The position numbers and the translations under genes are program-made. A stretch of DNA of 64,000 bases from Gemmatimonadota bacterium (GTDB taxonomy: Bacteria > Gemmatimonadota > Gemmatimonadetes > Palauibacterales > Palauibacteraceae). The DNA lies in NCBI GenBank assembly GCA_039588275.1, contig JBDHAC010000017.1:32001-96000 (forward strand), written 5' to 3'. Positions 49,520 to 60,093 of the stretch are shown here, piece by piece (the stretch's first letter is position 1; every line of letters begins with the position of its first letter). The notes under the pieces were generated by a model. The model was given only the letters and a program-made list of their open reading frames with translations. It was not told the DNA's origin and did no database searches.

Positions 49520-50688
49520 GAAACGGGCTGCGCCTCTTGCGACTCCAGACTCGCGAGCGCGCCGCTCGCGACCTCTTCGTAGAACTGCTCGTACTCGGGC
49601 ACGATGCGGTCCGCGGAATACAGGGAGATCGCGCGTTCACGCGAAGCGAGCGAGGCGGCCTTCCAGCGGGCCTCATCCCGCAGTAGTGCCACGGCCCCCT
49701 CCGCCATCCCATCGATGTCGCCGACGGGGTGGAGCGAGCCCGTCACGCCATGCTCCACGACCTCGGGCAGTCCCGAGTCGCTCGAGCCGACGACGGGCAC
49801 CCCCGACGCCTGGGCCTCAAGCGCCACCAGACCGAACGACTCCTGTTCACTCGGAAGGACGAAGAGGTCGGCGCACGCGAGAAGCTCCGCCACCGATTCC
49901 AGCTTCCCCAGGAACACCACGTAATCGGAGATCCCGAGCTCGTCCGCCAGATCGGCCGCCCGCGGGCGCTCGGGTCCGTCGCCCACCAGCACCAGCCGGG
50001 AGGGTACCGAGCGCCGAACGCGCGCGAACATGCGCAGGAGGTCCCCAATGCGCTTCACGGGGCGGAAGTTCGAGATGTGCATCAGGATCTTCTCGTCGGG
50101 CTCCGCCAGGGCCGCGCGGTGACAATCGTGCACCTCGCGGTGGTAGAGCGTCGGGTCGATGAAGTTCGGGATCACTCGGATCGCGCAGTCGTCGCAGGCG
50201 AAGTCCTCCAGGGTGCGCGCGCGGAGCCACTCGGACACCGCGGTCAGACCATCTGATCGCTCGATGGAGAACTTCGTGATCGACCAGTAGGAGGGATCCT
50301 GTCCCACCAGGGTGATATCGGTCCCGTGGAGCGTGGTCACCACCTTCACGTCCCTACCCGACCCGCGCAGCATGTCGCGTGCGATCCACGCAGCCGTCGC
50401 GTGGGGGACCGCGTAATGCACGTGCAGGATGTCCAACTCCGCCTTGGTGGCCACCTCGTGCATCGTCACAGCCAGGGCGAGTGAATACGGGGGGTACTCG
50501 AACAGTGGATATCGCGCCACCTCCACCTCGTGGAGGAAGACGCCTTCGATGAAGTGGGTCAGGCGGAACGGCTGCGCGTAGGAAATGAAGTGGATCTCGT
50601 GTCCGCGTTGCGCGAGCTCCAGACCCAACTCGGTCGCGACCGCGCCCGAGCCTCCGTAGGTCGGATAGCAGGTGATGCCGATCTTCAT
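49516..50688 (-). CDS. bshA: N-acetyl-alpha-D-glucosaminyl L-malate synthase
   Basis: MKIGITCYPTYGGSGAVATELG, YPLFEYPPY, HVHYAVPHA, TTLHGTDITLVG, HISNFRPVKR, ESFGLVALEA. Confidence 0.95.
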   Translation of the reverse strand: MKIGITCYPTYGGSGAVATELGLELAQRGHEIHFISYAQPFRLTHFIEGVFLHEVEVARYPLFEYPPYSLALAVTMHEVATKAELDILHVHYAVPHATAAWIARDMLRGSGRDVKVVTTLHGTDITLVGQDPSYWSITKFSIERSDGLTAVSEWLRARTLEDFACDDCAIRVIPNFIDPTLYHREVHDCHRAALAEPDEKILMHISNFRPVKRIGDLLRMFARVRRSVPSRLVLVGDGPERPRAADLADELGISDYVVFLGKLESVAELLACADLFVLPSEQESFGLVALEAQASGVPVVGSSDSGLPEVVEHGVTGSLHPVGDIDGMAEGAVALLRDEARWKAASLASRERAISLYSADRIVPEYEQFYEEVASGALASLESQEAQPVS

Positions 50689-51686
50689 GCCTTCTCCGCG
50701 CCCGCTCGGCCCGATCTTCCGCCCGTCGGATGTTTCCCCATGACCCGCCAGTCTTTTACGATGGCCCCGGCAAGTTGTGCCGTGGGTAGGAGCGCGTCCA
50801 GCCTGATCGTGTCGGCAGGCAACCGGTGCCGGAACCAGGTCCGCTGCCGGCGCGCGTATGACCACGTCGCGGCCACGATCCGGGTCACCGCCTCCTCGTC
50901 CGAGATCTCTCCCTCCGTGAGTGCCAGGACGTCACGATATCCTACCGCGTCGAAGGCCGGGGCGACGTGGGACCCTCGGGCCTTGAGCTCTCGCACCTCA
51001 TCGGCCCACCCCTCGCCCAGCTGCGCACGTGCCCGCCGCTCGATGCGCTCGCGGTGTTCGGCCGCGGCTAACTCCAGGGCGAAGCAGCGCACCGCCAGCG
51101 GCTCGTGCTCGGGCTCACCCTTTGAGAACCATTCGCTCAAAGGCCGGCCGGTCAGGATGGCGAGCTCCAGCGTCCGCATCGCACGTTGACGGTCGACCGA
51201 CTCCAGGCGTTCGGAGAGTCCCGGGTCCAGCCTTTCGACCCACTCCCGGAGGTCATCCGTCGGCCGTTTCTCGAGCCAACGGCGCAGGGCCTGGCGGCGG
51301 TCGGCATCCATGGGTGGCTCACGAAAGATCGGGCGCAGGAGCGCACCCAGGAAGAACCCCGTTCCGCCCGCGAGTATCGGTACCCTCCGACGGGCGCGGA
51401 TCGAGTCCATCCAGTCGTGCGCCAGGCGGACGAACCGTCCTGCTCCGTACCTTTCCGCCGGATCCAGGAAACCGACGCCGTGGTGTGTGGCGGCTGCGAG
51501 CTCGTCGGCCCGGGGCGAGGCGGTGCCGATCGCGAAGCCCCGGTACGCCTGTCGACTGTCGAGCGAGATCACCTCGCCACCCAGCTCGCGGGCAACGGCG
51601 ATCGCGAGGCCGGTCTTCCCCGTCGCGGTCGGCCCGACGATCGCGATCGCGCGCGGACGATCCGCGGACGCCTCGGCGGCAGTCAC
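50685..51686 (-). CDS. miaA: tRNA dimethylallyltransferase
   Basis: GPTATGKT, DSRQAY..IGTA, GGTGFF, YARRQRTWFR. Confidence 0.95.
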   Translation of the reverse strand: MTAAEASADRPRAIAIVGPTATGKTGLAIAVARELGGEVISLDSRQAYRGFAIGTASPRADELAAATHHGVGFLDPAERYGAGRFVRLAHDWMDSIRARRRVPILAGGTGFFLGALLRPIFREPPMDADRRQALRRWLEKRPTDDLREWVERLDPGLSERLESVDRQRAMRTLELAILTGRPLSEWFSKGEPEHEPLAVRCFALELAAAEHRERIERRARAQLGEGWADEVRELKARGSHVAPAFDAVGYRDVLALTEGEISDEEAVTRIVAATWSYARRQRTWFRHRLPADTIRLDALLPTAQLAGAIVKDWRVMGKHPTGGRSGRAGAEKA

Positions 51687-51693
51687 GGCCGGC

Positions 51694-53502
51694 TCATGCC
51701 CGGCGGAAACGCCGGTCCAGCTCGTCGATCGAAAGGCGTATGATCGTGGGGCGGCCGTGCACGTCGTGACCGGGGAGCTCCGTCGCGAAGAGTCGATCGA
51801 AGAGCTCGTTCATCTCGTGCGAGGAGAGCGGCTGACCGGCCTTGATCGCGCCCTTGCACGCCATGCTCTTCGCGATTCGTTCGTGCTGGTTGCGCGCGGA
51901 ATTGACCAGCGGAGAACCTTCGGTCAATTCCTCGATCATCGCCCGGAGACACAACTCGGCGTCGAAGCGAGGATGCGGTTGGGGGCTGGCGTGCAGGATA
52001 AACGTCCGGTCGCCGAACGCCTCGATCTCGAACCCGATCCGACGCAGCAGGCCGGCAAGCTCGTCGACCGCCGCCGCCTCGGCAGGGGACAGGCGCAGCG
52101 TGACGGGGAACAGGAGACGCTGGGCATCACCGCCTTCGGCGAAGCGATGCATCACTTCCTCGAACAGGACTCGCTCGTGTGCGGAGTGCTGATCGATGAT
52201 CAGAAGCCCGTCTCGGGTCGACGCCAGGATGTAGCGATTGTGCAGCTGCCAAAGCTGGAGTCTCGCGGTGTCCGTGCTCCCCAGCGAGTCGAGGGCGTCG
52301 TCTTCGGGCCTCGCTTCACGCGCCGCATCGCTCACGGCACTCGCGCCCGACCCCTCCGCGCTGGAAGGTCGGTCCGGGACGAACAGGGCAAGCTGTGGCA
52401 TCGTCTGTCGGTGTCCGGCCGCAGCGGGCCGTCCCAGCCGTCGGCCGACTTCCGGCGACCCGACGGACAGACCTGGTCTGCCCGGATCCAGCGGGCGGGC
52501 GCTATCTAGCCGGCCCAGCGCTTCGCGCACGGCCTCCCGCACTGCCTCTTCCACCACCGCTCGATCGCGAAACCGGACCTCGATCTTCGCGGGGTGCACG
52601 TTCACATCCACTCGGTCCGACGGCATATCGAGGAAGAGGAAAAAGGAGGGGTGCATGCCCTCCTGAACCGTCGTCCGGTAGGCATCGTCGACGAGGCGCG
52701 TGAGGCCCGGATCCCGGAACGGCCGGCCGTTGATGAACGAGTACCGTTTCCCGCCGCGCGGGCGGGCGGCGTCAGGCCGCTGGATGAGCCCGCTCACCCT
52801 CAGCCCACCATCAGGGGCGTCCAGCGGGATCAGTGTGTCGGCGAGGTCGGGCCAGATGGCGGCGACCCGCTCATCGAGCCGGGCCGTCGGCGCCAGGTGG
52901 AGCAACTCGCGACCGTTGGACTCCATCCGAAACGCGACGGTCGGGTGCGCCAGCGCCAGATGGAGCAGCGCCTCGCTGGCGGCCCGGGTCTCCGCTGCCG
53001 CGGCACGCAGGAACTTGGCTCGGGCGGGTACGTCGTGGAACAGTGACCGTACGGTGACGGTCGTCCCGCGGCGTCGCGGGGACTCGTCCACACCTCGGAT
53101 GCGGCCCGACTCCACGCGAATCCGCGTCCCTTCCCCCTCGGTGGTCGATGTATGGAGCTCGAATCGGCTGACGGCGGCTATGGCGGGCAACGCCTCGCCC
53201 CGGAACCCGAACGAGGACACCGCGTGCAGATCCTCGGCGACTCGGATCTTGCTCGTCGCGTGGCGGTCGAGCGCGAGGACGGCGTCCTGCGGATCCATGC
53301 CGTGCCCGTCATCGATGACCCGCACCTCGCTCTTCCCGCCGCTGCGCAGAACTACGTCGACGCGGGTGGCACCGGCGTCGAGCGCGTTCTCCACGAGCTC
53401 CTTGACCGCCGAGGCCGGACGCTCGACGACCTCACCCGCCGCGATCTGGTTCGCGACGTGGTCCGGCAGGATCTCGACCCGTCTGCTCTCGTCAGACGCC
53501 AT
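51694..53502 (-). CDS. mutL: DNA mismatch repair protein MutL
   Basis: QIAAGEVVERPAS, HATSK, GFRGEAL, DVNVHPAK, DQHSAHER endonuclease motif, ACK, HGRP. Confidence 0.97.
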   Translation of the reverse strand: MASDESRRVEILPDHVANQIAAGEVVERPASAVKELVENALDAGATRVDVVLRSGGKSEVRVIDDGHGMDPQDAVLALDRHATSKIRVAEDLHAVSSFGFRGEALPAIAAVSRFELHTSTTEGEGTRIRVESGRIRGVDESPRRRGTTVTVRSLFHDVPARAKFLRAAAAETRAASEALLHLALAHPTVAFRMESNGRELLHLAPTARLDERVAAIWPDLADTLIPLDAPDGGLRVSGLIQRPDAARPRGGKRYSFINGRPFRDPGLTRLVDDAYRTTVQEGMHPSFFLFLDMPSDRVDVNVHPAKIEVRFRDRAVVEEAVREAVREALGRLDSARPLDPGRPGLSVGSPEVGRRLGRPAAAGHRQTMPQLALFVPDRPSSAEGSGASAVSDAAREARPEDDALDSLGSTDTARLQLWQLHNRYILASTRDGLLIIDQHSAHERVLFEEVMHRFAEGGDAQRLLFPVTLRLSPAEAAAVDELAGLLRRIGFEIEAFGDRTFILHASPQPHPRFDAELCLRAMIEELTEGSPLVNSARNQHERIAKSMACKGAIKAGQPLSSHEMNELFDRLFATELPGHDVHGRPTIIRLSIDELDRRFRRA

Positions 53503-54259
53503 AGAATCGTCGTGCGTTCGCCCGCGTCAGGTTCGCGATCTCAACGGACTCCCTACCCCGTAGCCGTGCCACCGCCTCGCAGGTGAACGGGAGGAAGGCG
53601 GGCTCGTTGCGGCGGCCCCGCTTGGGGACGGGCGCCAGATAGGGGCTGTCCGTCTCGATCAGCAGACGGTCGTCCGGGACGAGGGTCGCGAGGCGTCCGA
53701 GCTCCTCGGCGAAGCTGACGATCCCCGAGAACGAGACGAACCAGTCGAGGCCGAGCCCTGCGCGCAACAGGGTCTCCTCCGCGGTGAAGCAGTGCAGCAC
53801 CCCCGTCACCCGTCCGGCGAACTCCGACAACAGCTCGATGGTGTCTTCGTCGGCCGATCGCGAGTGCACGACGACCGGCAGCCCGATCTCACACGCGGCC
53901 TCGAGGTGCACGCGGAAACTGGCCATCTGCGCGTCGCGGGACGCGTGCTCGTAATGGTAGTCCAACCCGGTCTCCCCCAATGCCACGACCGTCTCGCTCC
54001 CGGCGAGCTCCAGGATCTCGCGCACCAGGTCGTCGGAGAACCGGTCGGCGTCGTGCGGGTGCAATCCCGCCGTCGCCCACACGCCGGGCTCGGACTCGGC
54101 CAGACGGATCGCGCGACGCGCGTCTTCGGGATCGGTGGCGATGGTGACCATCTCGGTCACCCCGGCCGCCCGAGCTCGATCCAGCGCCTCGCTCCGATCC
54201 TCGTCGAAGCGCTCGCTGGTGAGGTGCAGGTGTGAATCGAAGAGTGGCGGGGTCTCCAC
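53492..54259 (-). CDS. tatD: TatD family nuclease
   Basis: FDSHLH, GLHPH, GETGLDY, VHSR, GVLHCF, ETDSPYL. Confidence 0.92.
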   Translation of the reverse strand: METPPLFDSHLHLTSERFDEDRSEALDRARAAGVTEMVTIATDPEDARRAIRLAESEPGVWATAGLHPHDADRFSDDLVREILELAGSETVVALGETGLDYHYEHASRDAQMASFRVHLEAACEIGLPVVVHSRSADEDTIELLSEFAGRVTGVLHCFTAEETLLRAGLGLDWFVSFSGIVSFAEELGRLATLVPDDRLLIETDSPYLAPVPKRGRRNEPAFLPFTCEAVARLRGRESVEIANLTRANARRFYGV

Positions 54260-54277
54260 GACGGACCGCGCCGGGGG

Positions 54278-55228
54278 CTAACCGGCGGCGTGGGCCGCCC
54301 GCGCGGACCGGCGGCGTTCCGCGTCGTGGATCTCCAACAGGGCGGGAGACGCGACGAAGATGGACGAGTAGGTCCCGATGAACACACCCAGGATCAGGAC
54401 GAGCGCGAACGGGCGGATCACAGCCCCACCCAGCAGGAAGAGCGACCCGAGAGCGACGAGCGTCGTTCCGCTCGTCAACACGGTCCGCGGGAGCGTCTCG
54501 TTGATGCTGCGGTTCAGCGTCCGGTCGTAAGGCTCCTTCCTCTTCTTCCGAATGTTCTCACGTACGCGGTCGAATACGACGATCGTGTCGTTCAGCGAAT
54601 ACCCGACAATCGTGAGGAGCGCTGCGACCGTGGCGAGCGTGATCTCCAGGTTGAGGAGCGAGATGAATCCGAACGTGATCAGGATGTCGTGCACGGTTGC
54701 GATCACCGCCGCGACACCGAACCTCCACTCGAACCGAAAGGCCAGATAGATCAAGGTGAGGAGGAACGAGAGCAGGATCGCCCACGTGGCTTTGACCTGG
54801 AGCTCGCCTCCGACTCTCGGCCCCACGGCTTCGACCCGCACGATCTCGTATCCGTCGGCGCCATAGCGCGACTCCAGCGCTCCGCCCAGACGCGCACCCA
54901 CACCCGTGTCGCCCGCGCCCTCGAACGTCTGTACCCGGAACAGGAACTCGGTCCCCTCCTCCGTGCCGCCGATGCCGGCACCGCGCAGCTGCTGGATCTG
55001 GCCGCCGCTGAAGCCCACTTCGGTCAGCGCGCCGCGCAGGTCACCGGTCTCCACCTGTTCGGTGAACCGAATCTGGAGCAGCGTACCCCCCGTGAACTCC
55101 ACCCCCGCGTTCAGCCCGCGGTGCAGGACGATCGAGATCAGACCGATGACGATCAGCGTCGCGGACACGACGTACGCTCGCCTCCGACCGCCGAGAAAGT
55201 TGTACTTCGCGTCGTGAAAGAGCCTCAT
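54278..55228 (-). CDS. secF: Protein translocase subunit SecF
   Basis: GVEFTGG, VGPRVG, HD, GYSLNDTIVVFDRVRE, GTYSSIFVA. Confidence 0.96.
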   Translation of the reverse strand: MRLFHDAKYNFLGGRRRAYVVSATLIVIGLISIVLHRGLNAGVEFTGGTLLQIRFTEQVETGDLRGALTEVGFSGGQIQQLRGAGIGGTEEGTEFLFRVQTFEGAGDTGVGARLGGALESRYGADGYEIVRVEAVGPRVGGELQVKATWAILLSFLLTLIYLAFRFEWRFGVAAVIATVHDILITFGFISLLNLEITLATVAALLTIVGYSLNDTIVVFDRVRENIRKKRKEPYDRTLNRSINETLPRTVLTSGTTLVALGSLFLLGGAVIRPFALVLILGVFIGTYSSIFVASPALLEIHDAERRRSARAAHAAG

Positions 55229-55305
55229 GCCGCCTCTATACAGATCGCTGGAGGAACCAGCGGTTCGCGTCGTCAGGCAGACCGCAGAACAACTTCAGCG
55301 GCCTG

Positions 55306-57021
55306 CTAAATGCTCACCGATTCGCTCGTGCCGCGTCTGTTCAGATAGAGCATGAACAGCGTGCGCGTCACGTAGACTGCCGAGAAGAACGAGGCCAGGA
55401 TCCCGATGCACAGCGTCACGGCGAACCCTCGGACCGGCCCCGTGCCGAACTGGAACAGGATGATGCCCGTGATCAGCGTCGTCAGATTCGCGTCCACGAT
55501 CGCCGAGAGCGCGTTCGCGAACCCGGCGTCGACCGCCGTGCGTGGGGTCTTCCCCGCGTCCAGCTCCTCCCGGATGCGCTCGAAGATGAGGACGTTCGCG
55601 TCCACCGCCATCCCGACGGAGAGAATCAGCCCCGCGATCCCCGGGAGGGTCAGATTAGCGTTCAGCCCGGCCAGCCCGCCCAAGACGAAGACGACGTAGC
55701 CGGCCATCGCGGTGACGGCGAGAGCTCCTGCCAGGTGGTAGTACCCGATCATCAAGATCACGACCGCGATCACGCCGATGGTGAAGGCGGTGCGGCCCTG
55801 GCGGATCGAGTCGGCACCCAGCGACGGACCGACGCTGCGCTCCTCCACGATCCGGATCGGCATCGGAAGCGCACCGGCTCGCAGGACGAGCGCCAGGTCC
55901 TGGGCCTCCTGGAACGACGCCCCCGGCGCGAGCTCGATCTGGGCGCGACGTCCCAGGGTGCTGCGGATCACCGCGTAGCTCTGGACACGCTCGTCGAGCA
56001 CGATCGCCATGTTGTCGCCCACGTGCCGGCTGGTGCCCCGCTCGAAGAGGCGAGATCCCCGGCGCGTCGTCTCGAACGGCACGATCGGGCGGTTGAACGT
56101 CGGGTCGCGGTTGGCCGGGCCGGCGTCCTGGAGGAACTCACCCGTCAGGAGCGGCTCGGAATCAAGCGCATACAGGGGCCGGTACGATGTCCCACCGGCG
56201 GCGAACTGCTCCACGCCCCAGTGGAGCGAGATCTCGCGCGGCACGAGAGCCTGTACCGATTCGAGGGCGAGGTAGCGCTCCACGGTTGGCACATCCTGCT
56301 CGGCCACGAAGAACTCGCCGGCGATCTGCCCCTGGCTCAGGAGCGCCGCGAGCGGGCGGAGCTCGGCGCCCGTGACGGGGCTGTCGACCGAGTCGGCTGC
56401 CTGAGCGCTATCGGCCGGGACGGCGGCGGCGCCCGCGTCGGCAGAGTCCGGAACGCTCGCATCGGGAGCCCCGGTCGTGTCGTCCGGCTGCGCCTGCTGC
56501 GAGTCGACCGCCGCGGCACCCTCTAGAATCTGCGTGAGGTCGACATCCGTAGTGATAGGCGTACGCTGGAGATTCTCCTCCCCTATCTCGTTCACGACTG
56601 CCCGATCCATGCGGGGCAGCGCGTCCACGAACGCCGATCCATCCGTGACGATTTTGAACTCCATGAACGCGGTGCGCTCGACGATCGCCTTCGCCCGATC
56701 CCGATCCTGGATCCCGGCCAGCTCAACGATGATCCGATTGCCCGCCCGCTGAATCGTGGGCTCTCTGACACCGAATTCGTCGATCCGGTTGCGGATCGTC
56801 GTCAACGTCCGCTCGAGGGCGTCATCGCCCGCGTCGGCGGCGATCGTCTCATCCGGATCGTCGATCTCGATGGCGAGGTGCATCCCGCCCTGGAGATCGA
56901 GACCTAGATTGAGCGGCGAGATTCGCTCGCCGTCGGGGCCCTCCTTGGGGAGAAGCGCGAAGCCACAGAGCGCGAGGAGCCCAATGATCACCCCCACGCG
57001 CCACTTCAGGGTGCTGAACAT
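55306..57021 (-). CDS. secD: Protein translocase subunit SecD
   Basis: LGLDLQGG, RIDEFGVREP, LRAGALP, VGPSLG, GMAVDANVLIFERIREE. Confidence 0.97.
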   Translation of the reverse strand: MFSTLKWRVGVIIGLLALCGFALLPKEGPDGERISPLNLGLDLQGGMHLAIEIDDPDETIAADAGDDALERTLTTIRNRIDEFGVREPTIQRAGNRIIVELAGIQDRDRAKAIVERTAFMEFKIVTDGSAFVDALPRMDRAVVNEIGEENLQRTPITTDVDLTQILEGAAAVDSQQAQPDDTTGAPDASVPDSADAGAAAVPADSAQAADSVDSPVTGAELRPLAALLSQGQIAGEFFVAEQDVPTVERYLALESVQALVPREISLHWGVEQFAAGGTSYRPLYALDSEPLLTGEFLQDAGPANRDPTFNRPIVPFETTRRGSRLFERGTSRHVGDNMAIVLDERVQSYAVIRSTLGRRAQIELAPGASFQEAQDLALVLRAGALPMPIRIVEERSVGPSLGADSIRQGRTAFTIGVIAVVILMIGYYHLAGALAVTAMAGYVVFVLGGLAGLNANLTLPGIAGLILSVGMAVDANVLIFERIREELDAGKTPRTAVDAGFANALSAIVDANLTTLITGIILFQFGTGPVRGFAVTLCIGILASFFSAVYVTRTLFMLYLNRRGTSESVSI

Positions 57022-57264
57022 CTAAGAGCACACCACCGGTTGATTACGTTCGTTCGATTCCGTCCTGGCGGTTCGGCCTGCAGATACCCGCCAGAGTGCG
57101 AAGTCGTTCACATCAAAGCGCCCAAAGGTACCCTCCGCGCGTTATGGGGGAAAGCTGGCCAACGGGGGCTCACCTGTCCACGGACAGCGCCGCCGGTGGG
57201 CAGCCCAGCCCATCGGCGAGCGCTCGAGGTCGACGACGTGCGCTCGAGCCCCCGGGCGATCTGC

Positions 57265-58728
57265 CTACCGCGCGAGGTCGCCGAACACCAACGGCATGAG
57301 CGCCATCGCGAAGACAGTGATGAGCAGGGTCATGAGGGCGTTGAGCCAGGCACCGGCACGCGCCATCTGAGGCACCGTCACCTCGCCGCTGCCGTATACG
57401 ATAGCGTTCGGCGGGGTCGCGATCGGAAGCATGAACGCGCAGCTGGCGGCCAGTGCCGCGGGGACGGCGAGAAACCGCGGATCCCACCCGATCTCGATCG
57501 CGGCGGCTCCGAGGATGGGCAAGAACGCAGCGGCGGTGGCCGTGTTGCTCGTGAGCTCCGTGAGCAGGATGACCACACCCGTGACAACGAGCACGAACAG
57601 GAACGGCGGCCAATCGGCGAACGTGGCCGCGCCTTGCCCCAGCCATGCATTCAGTCCCGTTCGGTCGATCGCGGCCGCCAAGCTGAGCCCTCCCCCGAAC
57701 AGGATGAGCACGCCCCACGGGAGTCGTTCGGCCCATTCCCAGTCCAGCACGCGTCCGCGCCCCTTCCCCGCCGGCAGGATGAACAACAGAAGCCCGCACG
57801 CGATCGCGATCCCGGGATCCGAGAGACCTGGCAACCAGCGGCTGAACAGCGGACGCGTGATCCACAGGATTCCGGCCGCGGCGAAGACGGCGCTCACGAG
57901 CTTCTCGGGCCTCCGCATCGGACCCAACGACTCCACTTCGCGTCGGATCAGATCACCCGCACCACGCAGCTCCACGTGCCGGAGTCGAAACGTGAGCCGG
58001 GTGAGGATCAGGTACACGAGCGGGAGCGCGACGACGACGAGCGGGAGCCCGAGGAGCATCCACTGCCCGAATCCGACCTCGAGACCGTGCGATTCAGACA
58101 GATAACCCGCGAGCAAGGCGTTCGGGGGTGTCCCCACCAACGTGGCTATGCCCCCGATGTTGGCCGCGTACGCGATCCCCAGCATCAGGGCCACGCCGAA
58201 CACTCCTTCCCGACCGGTCGCCGCCGCCTCCAAATCGGCCGAGGCGCCGTCGGCCTCCCCCGCCTTGTTGAACTGGATCACCGACAAGCCGATCGGCAGC
58301 ATGAGGAGCGCCACCGCCGAGTTGCTCACCCACATGCTCAGAAACGCCGTGGCCCCCATGAACCCCCCGATCAGCGCGTGCGGACGGGAGCCCACCCGTG
58401 AGAGGATGTTGAGCGCGATGCGCCGGTGCAGTCCCCAGCGCTCCATGGCGAGCGCAATCAGGAATCCGCCCAGGAACAGGTAGATGATCGGGTTGGCGAA
58501 CGGCTCCGCCGCCTCCCTGATCGTGCCCGCGCCGACGAGCGGGAACAAGACGAGCGGGACGAGGGCGGTGGCGGGAATCGGGATGGCTTCGGTGAGCCAC
58601 CACACCGCCATCAGCACGCCTACGGCGGCCGTGCGCCACGCGGGTGCCTCCAGCCCCTCCGGCACGGGCAGGACCAGCATGACCGCGAGCAAGACGGGCC
58701 CCGCCAGCAGCCCGATTCGTCTCTTCAT
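57265..58728 (-). CDS. DASS/SLC13 sodium:dicarboxylate or sulfate symporter
   Basis: WWLTEAIP, LSMWVSNSA, TLVGTPPN, TELTSNTA, AFMLPIATPPNA. Confidence 0.92.
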   Translation of the reverse strand: MKRRIGLLAGPVLLAVMLVLPVPEGLEAPAWRTAAVGVLMAVWWLTEAIPIPATALVPLVLFPLVGAGTIREAAEPFANPIIYLFLGGFLIALAMERWGLHRRIALNILSRVGSRPHALIGGFMGATAFLSMWVSNSAVALLMLPIGLSVIQFNKAGEADGASADLEAAATGREGVFGVALMLGIAYAANIGGIATLVGTPPNALLAGYLSESHGLEVGFGQWMLLGLPLVVVALPLVYLILTRLTFRLRHVELRGAGDLIRREVESLGPMRRPEKLVSAVFAAAGILWITRPLFSRWLPGLSDPGIAIACGLLLFILPAGKGRGRVLDWEWAERLPWGVLILFGGGLSLAAAIDRTGLNAWLGQGAATFADWPPFLFVLVVTGVVILLTELTSNTATAAAFLPILGAAAIEIGWDPRFLAVPAALAASCAFMLPIATPPNAIVYGSGEVTVPQMARAGAWLNALMTLLITVFAMALMPLVFGDLAR

Positions 58729-58909
58729 GGAAGGGAATGGAGCCGCCGCACGGTGCTTCTCGCAAGCACCCCGGGCGCCGCATCGAAGTCCGATGAGCCA
58801 CGCGGCCGCCGCGGGCTTCCTTCACCAGCCCGGCAGCGACCGCGTCGAATCGCTTTCCGCTCTTCTACTCCACGGGGCGCCCGGCCTCGAGCGGGACGAA
58901 TCCCGGCTC

Positions 58910-59842
58910 TCACATGGCAGGCATCGGCACCGCGTTAGTGAGTCCCCAATGGAGCTTCCACGACCCGTCATCCATCTCGCGACACAGGACCAGGTACGTC
59001 CCCGTCCGGGTCACGCTCTGGCCCTCGACGGTTGCCTCGACCGACCAATGACCGCGGTCCACGGCCCAGCCCTCACCGAGCACCAGGGTCTCGGCATCCA
59101 TGATCGCGAGCTGGGGGGACCCTTCCGCCAGCTCTGCCGCAACCGCCGCCTCGATCGCCGTACGTCCGCTCGACGCCGGCACCTCGGCAAACATGGCGAC
59201 GCCGTCCTCGGTCCACAGGTCGGCCACCATCGGCGCGTGGCCCGCGCTGTAATGCTCGGCGTACGAAGCGATCAGATCCGCGAGCGGCCCACCGCTCACC
59301 GCCTCGGTCTCCACGGTCTCCGGCCCCGGCATCGGGATCGGGGGCGGCGCATCGCCGTTCACGGCCAGCCGGTGCAGCCGCAGGCCGTCTGCGGTCAGGC
59401 GAGAGAGGCTCATGTAGTAGCCGCTCAACGTGACGGCCTCACCGCCCTCCGGAGTAACCTCTTGCGAGTAACTGCCCCGGTCCACCACCCAGTCCCCCAC
59501 CATCACCTGCTCGGCCGGGTTGATCGTGAGCGTCGGCGAAAGCGCGGCGATCGACGCTTCCGTGGATGCGATGATCGCCTCGCGGCCCTTGCTCACGGCC
59601 GAGTTCGCACCGAGGACGATCGCGTCGTCGGCGTACAGGTCCGCGACCATGGTCGCGTGACCGAGGTTGTAATGCTCTTCATAGTTGGCCGCGAGGGTGG
59701 CGATCAGCGCACCCGCGTTTGCGTACTCCTGCGTGGTGGCCTCCGCCGTTTCGGCTGCTCCTTCGGCCGCCTGCTCGGTGTCGGGAGCGCACGCTCCGAC
59801 CAGGAGACCGAATACGACAGGAATGGCTGAACGAAACTTCAC
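58910..59842 (-). CDS. Lipoprotein with two tandem SnoaL/NTF2-like (DUF4440) domains
   Basis: VGAC lipobox; duplicated YxEHYxxGHAxMVADL..DD/ED..GR.AI..WxVDRG motif; AAGGAGG RBS. Confidence 0.8.
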   Translation of the reverse strand: MKFRSAIPVVFGLLVGACAPDTEQAAEGAAETAEATTQEYANAGALIATLAANYEEHYNLGHATMVADLYADDAIVLGANSAVSKGREAIIASTEASIAALSPTLTINPAEQVMVGDWVVDRGSYSQEVTPEGGEAVTLSGYYMSLSRLTADGLRLHRLAVNGDAPPPIPMPGPETVETEAVSGGPLADLIASYAEHYSAGHAPMVADLWTEDGVAMFAEVPASSGRTAIEAAVAAELAEGSPQLAIMDAETLVLGEGWAVDRGHWSVEATVEGQSVTRTGTYLVLCREMDDGSWKLHWGLTNAVPMPAM

Positions 59843-60093
59843 GGTACACCTCCTTGTGGGGACACGACGGAACCAGCCAGGGGGGATCCGGATGGGCGAA
59901 CGCTAGCCGGCTCCGTGGGCGGCGTCAATCTGGCGCGCCCCCGCGTGCCCGCGTGAGCGAGGGTCGGCCGGCATTTCTGGCACGGCCCACCACCGCCATC
60001 TACTTTCCGGCCCGTCCGCGGCAGGTCGCTGAAGGCACCCCGGCCGGCGCGGTGATGACCGCTGAAAAACTCAACCGGATCTCGAGGAACGGC

